Shown here one piece after another: positions 13,769-26,790 of a DNA stretch of 64,000 nucleotides. The stretch is from NCBI GenBank assembly GCA_964016885.1, contig OZ024753.1, positions 33,480,001 through 33,544,000 on the forward strand. Direction: 5' to 3'. Each line of letters starts with the position of its first letter. Within the stretch, counting starts at the first letter, position 1. The stretch comes from Eledone cirrhosa (lineage: Eukaryota). The notes under the pieces are model-generated. The model saw nothing but the letters and a program-made list of their open reading frames with translations, had not been told where the DNA came from and made no database searches. A program made the translations under genes and the position numbers.

Positions 13769-14615
13769 TATATAGAAGTAGCAGCCAAGATGAACAGATA
13801 TTTCCAGTGAATGTTTTCTATGTGCTATATGCAAATGATCATACAGAATCTATATAGACTCTACTCTATTTTCATTTTGGGACTGGTTGAGTGAATGTCA
13901 TTGGTGAAAGATTACAGGAACTCAAAACAGCACTGTCTGGCATTCTCGGATGCCACTGAGATATCTGTGATGTGTTCACGGAGATAAAGAGAGAAATATA
14001 ATTTCTATTATAATGAAAAAATGTTTTCTTTTTGATAACAAAGCTCTCATATCATCATCAACGTTTTAACGTCAGCTTTCCCAGATAGCAAGATGTTTCT
14101 TGTATATAATCATATAGTATATGCTTAAATATATACCGCCATTATATTCATATATATATATATACATACACACACACACATATATGCACATGCATATACA
14201 CTCAGCTGAATATATCCATCCGGATAGAGAGCGAGCAAGCGAGTGAGAGAAAGAGAGCGAGCAAGCGAGTGAGAGAAAGAGAGCGAGATAGAGAGAACAA
14301 GAGCAAGGTAGAGGGAGGGAGAGAGAGAGAAAGCAAAATGTATAGATTCAGAAACTAGAGGAGATGAGATGAAGGAAGAAATTGAGAAAGATGTATGGGC
14401 TATAATATAGATGTTCTTCTGAATATTACAAACACACACATATAAATAAATAAATATATATGGCTCCATTTGCTACAATTTGTAATAACCTCAGTGTCAC
14501 GTATAAAAGTATAAAGCGATGTGAAACTATGTTATTGCATTATTACTGAAGTATCAGGTATTTTGAGCCTATTACTGCAAATAAGCAGTAAAAAAAGAAA
14601 AATGACAGAAGTATT

Positions 14616-14617
<2 letters not shown>

Positions 14618-14688
<71 letters not shown>

Positions 14689-14985
14689 ACAGATTCATAC
14701 ATATATACACGCATATAGATACAAATATATACATATATATATATTTAGATGCATATATACATCCATATATCGATACACACACACACACATGTGCATATAT
14801 AGATATACACACACATGCACACACCTATCAGCATCTTTACATGTTTATTTTTTATGCTGGCATGGGCTGCATAGTTCATTACGTAAAAAGTCACCACTTG
14901 ATTGGAACTACTATGAGTGTGTGTGTGTATGTATGTGTATATATCAATGGAATGCCTATATATATATGTATATATCAATGGAATG

Positions 14986-15029
<44 letters not shown>

Positions 15030-15075
15030 TGCACACACACATTTATATTATATATATACATACATACATACATAC

Positions 15076-15112
<37 letters not shown>
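14618..15112. repeat. (GT)n, (TA)n and (CA)n microsatellite cluster
   Basis: Direct inspection. Confidence 0.95.
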
Positions 15113-15580
15113 AACACAAACACATATATAATAGGATTATATCTTCGTCGTCTCCTAAAGGCGACAGAAGTCAATAAAGTTAAAATGGCCCAATCAATAC
15201 TCAATGAGAAAAGGAAAGAATTCATAACGACTACTAATTCGATTTTGAAAACGTTGTATGGAATGCCTAAACATACAGAAATCAGAGAACAGCAACAAAT
15301 ACCCAGAAAAAAATTCATTTACCTGGGTTGTCAGTGGTTTCTGCTGCACTAGAAAATATATCTGGCTAAATACATAACACAGATTTCCAGCAATTGCATA
15401 AGCAACTGGATCAAGTGAGACTTCATCAGCAGTAATCCTCTTTGAGTTGAACTGTTTTCTGAATCTTATGTGAATGGCTACTACAACTACAAAAATTTAG
15501 CCATTACTATTACCATGTGGCTCTTCAACTATTAGAGTGCCTTCCAGAGATTTGAAGATATTTATCTCACATATATACTT

Positions 15581-15768
15581 AATAATTGTTTCTACTTTTG
15601 GCACAAGGCCAGCAATTACCCAGTACATTACTGGTACTTTATTTTATCGACCCCCGTAAGGATGAAAGGCAAAGTTAACCTCGGCGGGATATGAACTCAG
15701 ATCATAAAGAGACGTAATTCTTTGCGTCAAAGAATGGCGTCCGACCCTCTACTAATACTGCCAATCCA
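15581..15768 (-). mobile_element. SINE family B (first unit of tandem pair)
   Basis: Full family B sequence on the minus strand. Confidence 0.9.
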
Positions 15769-15780
15769 CATATATACTTA

Positions 15781-15995
15781 ATAATGGTTTCTTATATAGA
15801 CACAAGGCCAGTAATTTTTTTGGGGGGGGGAATTGTTTATATCGACCCCAGTGCGTGACTGGTACGTTATTTTATCGACCCCATAAGGATGAAAGGCAAA
15901 GTTAGCCTCGGCGGAATTTGAACTCACATCATAAAGGGATGTAATTCTTTGCGTCAAAGCATGGCGTCCGACCCTCTACTGATACTGCCAATCCA
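15781..15995 (-). mobile_element. SINE family B (second unit, longer subfamily)
   Basis: Full family B sequence with an extra GGGGGG...ATCGACCCCAG segment. Confidence 0.9.
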
Positions 15996-16824
15996 CATAT
16001 ATACTTAATAATACCGACATCTGTGCAGCTTCTATGAACAAACCCTACATTCCCTATTAGCCTGCTTGTGATGCCAATACATATGTGCACCTCTAATTTA
16101 TACTGAACATACCATATATAATTCTTACCACTTCCTTTACTGCATTTCAAATATACCCACATCTCTGATGACAATATGGCAGTAGGGACCTGTCTTCTTT
16201 CTTGGTAACTCATACTTCAGTATTTGTTATATTTTCTTTGTTTTTCCTTCTAAATTTGGAATTTCTTCCTCAGAATCTTTGACAGGGTCAGCCATGGGGA
16301 CTTGATCATCAATATACAGAAGTTCTCATAGGCAGCTTGTCTTAAACATCTGTTATTACCTGGAGAACATATGTATGTGCGTATGCATGTGTGTGATGGT
16401 CTTTCTCAAGCTGAATAGCCATACATATACTTGTATGTATGAGTATGTATGAATGTGTATATTAAATTAACAGATTTCAATTAACGTACCTTCTAGGAAT
16501 ATGATACAGACTGGAGAATGTCAGCTGTGAGTGATTGACATATTATCCAGGAGGAATTAATTCTCTTCTATATATCCAACACAAAGCTGCAGCTAAAATT
16601 CAGTTCTAGCTTTACAAGCTCTCCCTCTCTCTATCAATTTATCTTATTTCAATTTAATTTAAATACTAATTTCAATCTGATTTTTAATTTTAGCTTCTTG
16701 AGTGCATTGTTAAATTGAGAAAGGATTTAATAGAGTTTCTTTGTGGTGAGTGTGGTTTTTCTGATGTTATGTATTTTATAACTTGTTTTGTAATGTATCT
16801 GGTAGGGATATATCATCATCATCA

Positions 16825-17002
16825 TTGGCAGTATCGGTAGAGGGTCGGACATGCTTTCCAGCATAGTTACGTCCCTTTATGATCTGAGTTCAAATCCCTC
16901 TAAGGTTAACTTTGCCTTTCATCCTTAAGGGGTCGATAAAATAAAGTACTAGTAATACACTGGGATATTTGCTGGCCTTGTGCCAAAAGAAGAAACAATT
17001 AT
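16825..17002 (+). mobile_element. SINE family B
   Basis: Matches 9643-9829. Confidence 0.9.
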
Positions 17003-17484
17003 TATCATCACCGTCTGTTTTCCCTGCTCACAAGGGTTAGGGCAATATTGACTGAGTGAATCAATACTGAAGTGGGCTTACTAACCTTCCAGAGAGGCTG
17101 AGAGCCCACATTTCGCTTACACAAAATCCCATGCTCTACCAAGTGCATTTTATCATTGCACCACCATTATGTGTTCAAACCTTGATAGAGGATGGGCTGT
17201 GCTAGGTTTAAAATTCCACCTGTCACTAAAGCGCCCTTACAATACCACCATGTCATCATCACTGTTTAACATCTATTTTCCATGCCAGCATGGTTTAGAC
17301 ATGTTGTCAAGTACTGAGGTTAGACAAGTTAGGTAACCCCATTTTGCTCATATGCTATAATATTGAGCTGGTTTCTATGGCTTGATACTCTTCATAATGA
17401 CAATCACGCTACACCATTAACTGAGAGCAGCTTTATTATGACTCTAGCTTTACCACCTTACATGTTATATATATATATATTACA

Positions 17485-17837
17485 GTCAGTAGGCATCTCT
17501 AACAAAATACACCCCCGTCCCACCCACCCCACCCCCCTTTCAATGTAAAGTTATGTTGGTGCCACAACATCCAGGCCGAAACAAATGAGATCGTGTAGGT
17601 GTCACGACAAAAATCACACAGTCCACGCTGTAATGTGGCCATGTAGGCAACACGGTAAAAAACCCCCAGTCCCACACTGTAAATGTGGTTGGTGTTAGGA
17701 AGGGCATCCAGCTGTAGAAAACCCGCCAGACAGTCCTATGCGAGCAAGACAACCACTCTTGCCTCAAGTAGGAAAACTCCCGTCCAAACCCATGCAAGCG
17801 TGGAACATGGACGTTAAACGATGATGATGATGATGAT
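17485..17837 (+). mobile_element. 5'-truncated copy of the RTE LINE 3' UTR
   Basis: Closely matches the reverse complement of 48883-49246; ends in (ATG)n. Confidence 0.88.
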
Positions 17838-17840
17838 ATA

Positions 17841-17961
17841 GGAAAAGCATCTGAACCCCAACAGCTGAGTTCTGAACTGACTCTTTTCCTACTACCCACT
17901 CTACTCAGTATCGAGTACTTTGGTGCATTTTGCTCCACCTGGTTACTTACCATACTTCCTT
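17841..17961 (+). mobile_element. Family H element, diverged/deleted
   Basis: GGAAAAG...ACCCCAACAGCTGAGTTC and tail CCCACTCTACT.AGTATCGAGTACT.TGGTGC...CTGGTT.CTTACCA. Confidence 0.65.
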
Positions 17962-18227
17962 TATATATATATTGGGTTCGGAGACTGGGATGTCTCTAAA
18001 TCAAAGTAGCATTCAATGCATATTGATATTAATTATAGTTCCAATGACAGGGGCGTCTCTGTTTCAGCTCATTACAATGCCCCTTTTTTTGTTAATTTCT
18101 CCAATGTGATAAATATTACTTGAGTCACACAGTCTATACAATAGGTAGGAGAATCAGTTTATTTGTAATTGTAACAAATAAAATGAAATATCATCATATT
18201 TACAGTTTTTGTATCATATTTTATGTA

Positions 18228-18552
18228 AGAGGGAGAAATAGAGAGAGAGAGGGAGAAATAGAGAGAGAGAGGGAGAAATAGAGAGAGAGAGAGGGAGAGA
18301 GAGAGAAAGAGAGAGAGATAGAGTGAGAGAGAGAGAGAGGGGGGAGGGAAAGCGAGCGAGAGAGAGAGGGAGGGAGGGAGGGAAAGCGAGCGAGAGAGAG
18401 GGAGGGAAAGCGAGCGAGAGAGAGGGAGGGAGGGAAAGCGAGCGAGAGAGAGGGAGGGAAAGCGAGCGAGAGAGAGAGAGAGGGAGGGATGGAGGGAAAG
18501 CGAGCGAGAGAGAGGGAGGGAAAGCGAGCAAGAGAGCAAGTGAATGAGAGAG
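18228..18552. repeat. GA-rich compound minisatellite (GAGAGAGGGAGGGAAAGCGAGC)n
   Basis: Direct inspection. Confidence 0.9.
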
Positions 18553-18617
18553 CGTGTGTGTCTCTGTGTATATCATAACTAATAGACATTTTCATATATT
18601 TGATAAGCTGAAATGAA

Positions 18618-18691
18618 CAAAACATTCAACCGACATTCACAAAACATTCAACCGACATTCACAAATCATTCAACCGACATTCACAAATCAT
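18618..18691. repeat. 20-bp tandem repeat (CAAAACATTCAACCGACATT-like)x~3.5
   Basis: Direct inspection. Confidence 0.85.
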
Positions 18692-19696
18692 TTTATTTAA
18701 TAAATATTAAAGTAGTATAGTTAATATGAAGCATTGTGAGATATGTAATAAAAGACTAAGTTTCAGAAAGTTGGTACAATGCAAAGTCGTTATAGTAACC
18801 GAACTGCTTTGTACATTTCCAATCTATTGTTTATTTGATTTTGTGCATGTGTATTTCAGTTAAGAAGATATCGATTGTTTGTTTTTGTTTTCAACCATTT
18901 GAAAAGGGGTAATAAACTTGAAATATCATGTTGAAATAAACTGTATAAAACATTGCTTTGTTTTGTTTTATTTGTTATCCTTTGCATTTTATATATTTCG
19001 ACTTTATTGGTCTGGCTTTTTGAAATTTATTGGGTTCGTTTTTGTTCATAAATAATATTTATTCTTGCTTAACATATAGGAAGACTTCTTCAGTGCACTT
19101 GTAAAGTGATATAGATTCGGAGAGACAGGCAGACAGATAGAGAATCAATGTACATAGAAATGATATATTTTCCTACTAACGTAATCAAGTTTGGATTTGA
19201 ATATAACACAGATTATTACTGAATGTTATCTGGCACTATTATGGTAGCAAGACACTTTACTATTAAGAAAAATGATGCTTTCAGAAAAATCTTTTCAGTT
19301 TAAGTACCATAACATATTTGATTAGTATTTTAAAGGTAGAGAAATCTTTTATAAAAGCTTCTCAACTGATGGCAATAAAATTCTTTAAGTCAGAGAATCA
19401 TAAGTGAAAGTACAAATTGAAAACCAATCAAGAGATGAGGTACTTAAGCAATGTTACCCGATACATAAGTTTTGTCAGGAAGTTGTGCATCTTTTATTGC
19501 TTCAGGTGAATTGGCTAGGCTGTATGTTATGGTATGGTTCCATAACTCCTGATGGAGTCATAGGGGCACTATACAGTGTTTCTTGAACATTTTAAACCTG
19601 ACAGATCTCAATCTTCTCCAGGTCTGTACACAGCAGATTTCTTTCAGAGAAGGATAGAGAGGATGAGAGAATGGAAGTGAGAAAGAGATATAGTGG

Positions 19697-19855
19697 AAAA
19701 ATCGACCTCAGTACTAGACTGGTACTTTTTATCAACCTCGAAAGGATGAAATGCAAAGTTGGCCTCAGTGGGATTTTAACTCAGAAAGCAGAGAGCTGAA
19801 ACAAATATCACAGAGCATTTTACGCGATGTTCTAATGACTACCAATTCGCTGCCT
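19697..19855 (-). mobile_element. SINE family B, diverged
   Basis: CTGGTACTT...GAAAGGATGAAATGCAAAGTTG.CCTC.G.GGGATTT.AACTCAGAA. Confidence 0.65.
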
Positions 19856-21147
19856 AAGTTGTTAAAACGTTTGAAAAACTTCCTTCTGGTATTAGTTCTT
19901 TAATTTTGTGCTATGAGATTAAATGCCACTGAAGCCAACATTGTATTGCATACTTTTGAAAGAAGTTATGACAAATTACTAAAGCAGAGTGGTAGATTAG
20001 CGAGTCTTTATCCTGGCTGTCTGAAATTTAGAGTTCAAATCCTACAAATGCTCCACTTTGTCTTTTATTCTTTTGAGGGAGGTTGCGAAAATATAGGGCA
20101 GTGGATTGACAGAAATGTAAGAGCATTGAACAAAACATCTCGTGGAATTTGTTAACATTTTTTGCATTTCAAGTTTTCTTTGGAGTAGTTTAATACCACT
20201 GCCTTGACTTTAGCAGAGTCTACTACTCTATTCCAAGTATTCATACTAGGCTTCTGGTTTAAGAATACCTTCTGCCCTCCTTCACACCTATCTTAGAGGT
20301 CCTTAAATGGATCATGGGCACTGCCTTTTCTTCCCTGACTAAGCATTAAAATATAACATTGGAATATGTGTTATAGATATAGTGGGTTTTGAACTGATGT
20401 AGATATTATTAAATTTATCAAATTAACACCACATCTAGAGCAGAAGTTGTGAAAGTGAGAATGAGGAGAGGGTATAGGAAGACATGAAAGTCATGCGCTT
20501 GCAACTCCACTGGGTGGGAACAGCTTGTGGTCCAGTGCTCCATTGAAAGGAAAAGGAACTGAAATATCCATCAAGGTATTGTCCAATCACCTTCAGTGAT
20601 ATTCATCATGTGTGTGTGCGTGTGCGTGTGTGTGTATATTAAAATGCGAGACTGTAGAAGAAGAAGACAATGAAGAGGTAGAAGCAGAACAAGAACAAGT
20701 TAACTATGTCAATCTTGTTTCTACTTGCAAGCCAATAAGCTAACAAGCCAATAAACCAACTAGCTAGTCTGATTAAAACAAGACATTGATTCCTTTAACA
20801 ATGCCTATTTTCAACAATAACATATTCACTCTACTTTCCTTCTTTACCTAAACATGCCATATAACTAAAACAAACCATATACTGAGAAGAGAGATGTTTC
20901 CCACCATCCAACCATTCTAGACTCCCTCATCCCTCATCTCTAACAGAGCTAACATATAGGCAACAATTGGGAATTACTATCTATTGAAATAAGAGGAAAC
21001 CCAGGCTTTTCATACTGCATGTTCTTTAATGGGTTTTTATAAAGCCATGTCAATTAGGAAACTTCTTTTTTTTTCGATATTAACAATAGATGGGCTGTGC
21101 TGTAAAATATTAACTAGCTCTCATCCTGTGAGTGCGTATATAGGCAT

Positions 21148-21438
21148 ATATATATACACACATATATACATGTGTTTACTTATATATATATATACACACA
21201 CACACTCACACACATATATAAATATATAGAGAGAGAGAGGGGAGGAAGGGGGAGGGAGGAATGGGGAGGGGGGAGAGGGAGAGAGAGAGAGAGAGAGAGC
21301 AAGAGAGAGAGGGAAAGAGGGAGAGAAAGAGAAAGAAAGAGAAAGAAAGAGAGAAAGAAAGAAAGAGAGAAAGAAAGAAAGAGAGAACTGATAGATATAT
21401 AGGCATATATATAAATATCTATATATGATTGATAGATA

Positions 21439-21501
<63 letters not shown>

Positions 21502-21592
21502 TACAATAACAGAGATAGTTTAAAGCTAAACTCTTACTGGTAACCATCACACTCAACAAACATTAGGTTATATTAAAAATATATATATAAAA

Positions 21593-21631
<39 letters not shown>

Positions 21632-21640
21632 TAAATAGAC
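21148..21640. repeat. TA/CA/GA/GAAA microsatellite cluster
   Basis: Direct inspection. Confidence 0.9.
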
Positions 21641-22076
21641 AGATAGGTACATATTGATAGATAGATAACTGAACAGCTAATATTGCAATTTATTCCATAT
21701 TTGTTCAATATGCCATTGAAAGAGATCAGATTATCCCTGTTGTTATTGATGAATGTTCTAGAAACCATTGTATATGGACACAGTAGTGCCTGTCTGGCAT
21801 GAGGACATTAGGTTGCATATGTATGACGCCTGTATATGTAGTTGGTTGAAGATGAATGAAGAGTGGTATCAGATTTAGAAGAGTGTGTTGTCTGGTTTAA
21901 ATACTAGACCAGTCATCATACTAGACATAAGATTAACCCTTTTGATACCAAATCACCTGAAACTTATTCAGATTCTACAAGACAAAAATGTTTTAAAGTG
22001 CTTATACTTATCTAAAAAAAATTACATCATAATGTTTTGCAAGAACATTTAAATTATACTCCAAACAACAATTTAA

Positions 22077-22250
22077 TAATTGTTTCTACTTTTGGAACAA
22101 GGCCGACAATTATCCAGTACATTACTGGTACTTTATTTTATCGACCCCGTAAGGATGAAAGGCAAAGTTAACCTCGTCGGGATTTGAACTCGAGACGTAA
22201 CTATGATCGAAAGTATGGCGTCTGACTCTACCGATACTGCCAATCCACCG
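22077..22250 (-). mobile_element. SINE family B
   Basis: Matches the family B consensus. Confidence 0.88.
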
Positions 22251-22509
22251 CAATGAGAGCCCTCACTTCAATACTGACCAGATCTGTGAAGACATGTCAA
22301 ATCCTTGCTAGCAGGGAAAATGGACATAACACATGATGGTGAAGGCAGTAGGGTTTGAATTGAGAGAGATTTGGCAGTGCTATTATCATTTTCTTATTGG
22401 TCTTTGCAAAGGCTCTGAGATCAGTGAGGCTGATTCTGGTAATGTGCTGTCTAAATTGGTCTAAGTTGACAACTGCAGAAATAACATACAGAAATAACAT
22501 ACAGAAATA

Positions 22510-22675
22510 ACTGTAAATGTGGTTGGTGTTAGGAAGGACATCCAGCAGTAGAAAACCTGCCAGATAGTCCTCTATGAGCGAGACACGGTCACCCGACCAA
22601 CCTTGACTCAAGTGGGACAACTCCCGTCTAACCCATGCTAGCATGGAAGATGGACGTTAAACGAAGATGATGATG
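22510..22675 (+). mobile_element. RTE-type 3' UTR/tail fragment
   Basis: CTGTAAATGTGGTTGGTGTTAGGAAGG.CATCCAGC...CCCATGCTAGCATGGAAGATGGACGTTAAACG(ATG)n, as in 17485-17837. Confidence 0.8.
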
Positions 22676-23492
22676 GGAACTTAAAAGAGCTGACATTTTA
22701 GGGGGAAAATGACTGGGTGTAGAAATTAATTTGTGTATAACCTGGTTTTTGAAAAGAGTAGGGTTGAATAGTTAAGAGTGCCTGAGTGGGAGTGACATGA
22801 AACCAGTCAACTCCAAGGGATAATAGCCATAGTACTGATAAAAAAAAATGTTGAGAGACTTAGGATAATGAAACTTGAGCTTGTTTGTAAGTGGTGCCTT
22901 CCTACCAAGTATGTTGAGTGACCCTAAATTTTATAAAGCCAATATACCTCATGTCAGCTCCTTTAAATGAACAAATATGGAATACATTGCAACACACAAT
23001 TATTGATTTTTATTATTTTAAAAATCTCTTTAACCGCTTCTTTACTTAAAATGTTTCTAGCATTAAACCATTAAGGAATTGTCTATTATCACATCTTTAG
23101 AAGAATTCACAAAACTAAATTTTATATGTAAATATATTATCTTATAATCTTATGAATCCTTTTTTAAGTATAAGAAACATTTTATTCTATATTTTCTTGT
23201 TGTAGTTTATTTTTCTGTTACATAGAAGATATTCTGAAAGAATTTACATATATTTCCATAAATTAGATTATCATTTTCAAAAGAACTGTGTATAACAATT
23301 TTTATACCAACCCACCTGAAAACTCACCAGGTTCTACAATGCAAATCTACTTGTTTTAAATCTATATATTTATATAGATCCTTCCATCATAATTTTGTTA
23401 AGAGCTTTTGTTAAATTATGTTCCAAACATTTCTTTAATAATGGATTCTGATGTAGGCACAAGACCAACAATTTGGGAGAAGGGAAAGTCGA

Positions 23493-23720
23493 TTAACCCT
23501 TTAGCATTTACATTACTCTATATTTACTATTATATTTTCACAGTAAATGCTTTACCTCACATCATTAACTCATATAATATTAAATCTATGAGATTTTGAT
23601 GTAATTTATTTTGAGAACAATACCTTAACATCGGTATGAGTGGCTGGTTACAGCCAGTTTGAAAAAAAAAGAGGTAAGAGAATTCTGGCTAGATATGGTG
23701 GTTTAAATGCTTCAAGGTGA
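23493..23720 (+). mobile_element. piggyBac-type MITE
   Basis: TTAACCCTTTAGCATTTAC start; homologous to 12158-12371; right TIR decayed. Confidence 0.75.
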
Positions 23721-24280
23721 TGCTTCAGCATGGCCACAGTCTAATGAGTGAAACCAGCAACTAAATTATAAGAAATATTATTGAAAAGCTTTTCTATTTA
23801 TCAGATATGCAATACATTTTAATATAAACAAGAAAAAGATAGGGAAAATGAATCTCTTCTATTCTACTGTCAACACTTCTATTTCAACACAATAATTCAC
23901 AGATCAGCAATGTCTCAAGACTTAGACTGTCAGTTAAAGAATAGCAAAGAAATAATTTTTTTTTTTCTTTACAACAGCATCAACAACAAAACATCTCCAT
24001 TATCTTTTAATCTCCTCCATAGAAAAAGATTCCTGTCTATTGATACAGCCAGGGCCTAGACTGGGAATCAATCAGGCTAAGATAGCAAGCAAGAAACACC
24101 TATCATCAGTGAGATAATAACAAAAGATGACAGTTGTTAAAGGTCAACCCTTTCACCTCTCTCACCTTCTAATCTATGTAATGTTTGGGTTTACTCTTCA
24201 TAATGATATGTGGCATTATGAACTGATCTTAATTATCTTTCTACACAATTAATTTCATTGCAAAAATAATAATTATCAAT

Positions 24281-24314
<34 letters not shown>

Positions 24315-24319
<5 letters not shown>

Positions 24320-24505
24320 TGTTTCTACTTTTGGAACAAGGCTAGCAATTACTCAGTGTGTAACTGGTACTTTATTTTATCGACCCCATAAGGATGAAAG
24401 GCAAAGTTAACCTCGGCGGGATTTGAAATCAGAATGGAAAGGGCCATAACTCTTTGCGTCAAAGCATGGCGTCCGACCCTCTACCGATACTGCCAATCCA
24501 CCACC
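24315..24505 (-). mobile_element. SINE family B with (AAT)n tail
   Basis: Matches the family B consensus. Confidence 0.9.
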
Positions 24506-24559
24506 TAAATAATAATAATAATAGTAATATAAATAATTATAATTATAAAATGGCATGTG

Positions 24560-24601
<42 letters not shown>

Positions 24602-24690
24602 GTAGAACACTGGTGGGTTATATCCACAGTAGTAGAGCACTCAGTCCATGGGACGAGTTTTGTCGAAGTATTTCTACAACAGTTATTACA

Positions 24691-24730
<40 letters not shown>

Positions 24731-24856
24731 ATAATAATAAATTTGAAGACTAAAATCCAAAGAGGGCTCGATAAGGATAAATATATATCAAATATATAAG
24801 AACTGTAGAGTGATTCTTTGCTTAAACTTTAATCTGTTATTTTAATATATATATAT

Positions 24857-25200
24857 GGAGACACATGGCTTAGTGGTTAGAGCATTGGCCTTGCAATCGA
24901 AAGGTTGTGAGTTCAATTCTCAGACCGGGTGATGTGTTGTTTCCTTGAGCAAGACACTTTATTTCACATTGCTCCAGTTTACTCAGCTGTAGAAATGAGA
25001 TGATAGGGACTGAGGTCCCTATCATTCCACTGTAAAGTGGTCGTGGAGGTGCCATGGCAAAAAAGCACCCAGCACTCACTGTAAATGAGATTGGTGTTAG
25101 GAAGGGCATCCAGCTGTAGAAATCAAGCCAGAATCAGTTCCCGTCCCACCCCTGCAAGCAGGGAAAAGCGGACGTAAAAATGAAATGAAAATGAAATGAA
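24857..25200 (+). mobile_element. SINE family A, full length
   Basis: tRNA-like head (TGGCTTAGTGG, GAGTTCAATTC), CORE-like CCTTGAGCAAGACACTTTA, RTE-like 3' end. Confidence 0.92.
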
Positions 25201-25365
25201 ATATATATATATATATATATCGAACCAGACAAATTAAACTTGTCTTAGCTTGCCGAATTTCCACTCACTTCATGATTTTACAGAACCTGTATTTATCAAA
25301 TACAAGTCTGTATATCAGAGTGCACACTATGGGTTGCTTAGTGGGAAAAACGATGATATATATAT

Positions 25366-25745
25366 ATATTAATTCAAATATTAACAAAATAGATATTCTT
25401 GTGATCAATTAAATTTTATTATACATATTTCAGAGGTACTTGAATCAAGTTCAACAGTATGTCCTCATCAAATAAAATAAAATGATACATGACATATCCT
25501 GACATGTTAGATGTTTAAGATTTAATCAAGGTATTTTATTTTATCTGATGAGGACGTACTGTTGAACTTGATTCAAGTACCTCTGAAATATGTATAATAA
25601 AATTTAATTGATCACAAGAATATCTATTTTGTTAATATTTGAATTAATATCAATAACTCTGGAAAATATTTTTACTGTAGAGTGCTTCCAATCTACTGTA
25701 AAACTCATTCTTTGATGTATTCATTGAATCTGTTTAACTCTTTTA
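25366..25745. mobile_element. Head-to-head fold-back element with hammerhead ribozyme (Penelope-pLTR/retrozyme-like)
   Basis: ~118-bp inverted arms 25366-25483/25533-25650, right arm extended ~95 bp; (TA)n on both sides. Confidence 0.75.
25538..25603 (+). ncRNA. Type I hammerhead ribozyme motif
   Basis: Stem I ATTTTAT/ATAAAAT; CTGATGA 25545-25551; stem II GGA.GTAC..TTGAA/TTCAA-GTAC.TCT; GAAA 25585-25588; minimal stem III T-ATGT-A; AUA cleavage triplet ending at 25596. Confidence 0.78.
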
Positions 25746-25960
25746 TATATATATATATATAAACAGAGGAAGTACATTTAAAACTGTCCCTCTTCTTTAT
25801 AGTATATATATATATATATATATATAGTATTAAGGATACTATTTATGGTTATGCATATACAAAAACCTTTTGTAGTTATATATATTTTTACAAACCCTAA
25901 ATAGTGATAGTAAGATAAATAGCTCAATGTAAGAACATCAGTTGTTTTACAGAGCAGTTA

Positions 25961-26564
25961 TATATAAGTTATAAGAATCAAAGTTCTGTTCAAATCATTT
26001 ATATGCTTACAATTGTTTCCTCCGGAGCAATTTATTAATGAATGATCACATATATGACCTCCTTTTCAACCCAAGAGACATACAGATACATATGCAAATA
26101 TTGTTGCTTGGTGGGTCGACATCCATTATAACATTTAGCGTGGCAGTATACATTTAAAGATTACATTCATATCAAAAGAGGATAAAATTAAAAATTAATG
26201 TTAAAATACAACATGAAATTAATGCGATAGGATAGTCAGAAGCAGTTAGTGTGTGCAATAGTTACACGTGTGGCAAGCACGTGTGTCTTATTTATATAAT
26301 ACTATAGTGCGGCAGGGTGTTACATGTAATACAAGCACTTAAACGGGTAATCAAGAGTATTAAAGGGGTTGAACTGGTAATGTATCTTTTATATGAATGT
26401 TATAGAAGCTTGTGTGTAGAGAAATATTATAAATATTAAAAATATTAGTAATGTGTAGCAAGGCTTTGCTACACATTTCTAATATTTTAAATATTTATAA
26501 TATTTCTCTACACACAAGCTTCTATAACATTCATGATTTGAACAGAACTTTGATTCTTATAACT

Positions 26565-26570
<6 letters not shown>
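25961..26570. mobile_element. Fold-back element: terminal ~38-bp IR plus internal ~70-bp-arm hairpin
   Basis: 25961-25998 is inverted at 26533-26570; near-perfect hairpin 26393-26534; right end abuts (TA)n. Confidence 0.7.
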
Positions 26571-26600
<30 letters not shown>

Positions 26601-26602
<2 letters not shown>

Positions 26603-26790
26603 CTGAAACATTCATAGGCTGACTAAGATACTCTCATGGAAAGACCAAATGAGGTTTATTTTTCAACATAATCCGTGGAATTGAAACAATGCAATTATTA
26701 ATAACAAGAGTTGAAATTAATGCCTGCAAGATCTCACAGCTCCTAGCATCATTCCTTCATAGTCAACCTATAAACTTTTCAGCTCACCTT
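26601..26790. mobile_element. mariner-derived MITE
   Basis: Imperfect TIRs GCTGAAACATTCATAGGCTGACTA / TAGTCAACCTATAAACTTTTCAGC; TA flanks. Confidence 0.7.

Noticed and set aside
15365-15440. Minus-strand CTGATGA...GAAA
   Set aside because: No complementary stem I and no proper stem II closure; likely chance
18618-18691. Regularly repeated 20-mers, superficially CRISPR-like
   Set aside because: Head-to-tail repeats without unique spacers, no cas genes, eukaryotic context
24857-24930. tRNA-like sequences at SINE heads (also 342, 29249, 33512, 57366)
   Set aside because: A/B boxes run into SINE bodies and no acceptor stem closes a cloverleaf; not tRNA genes
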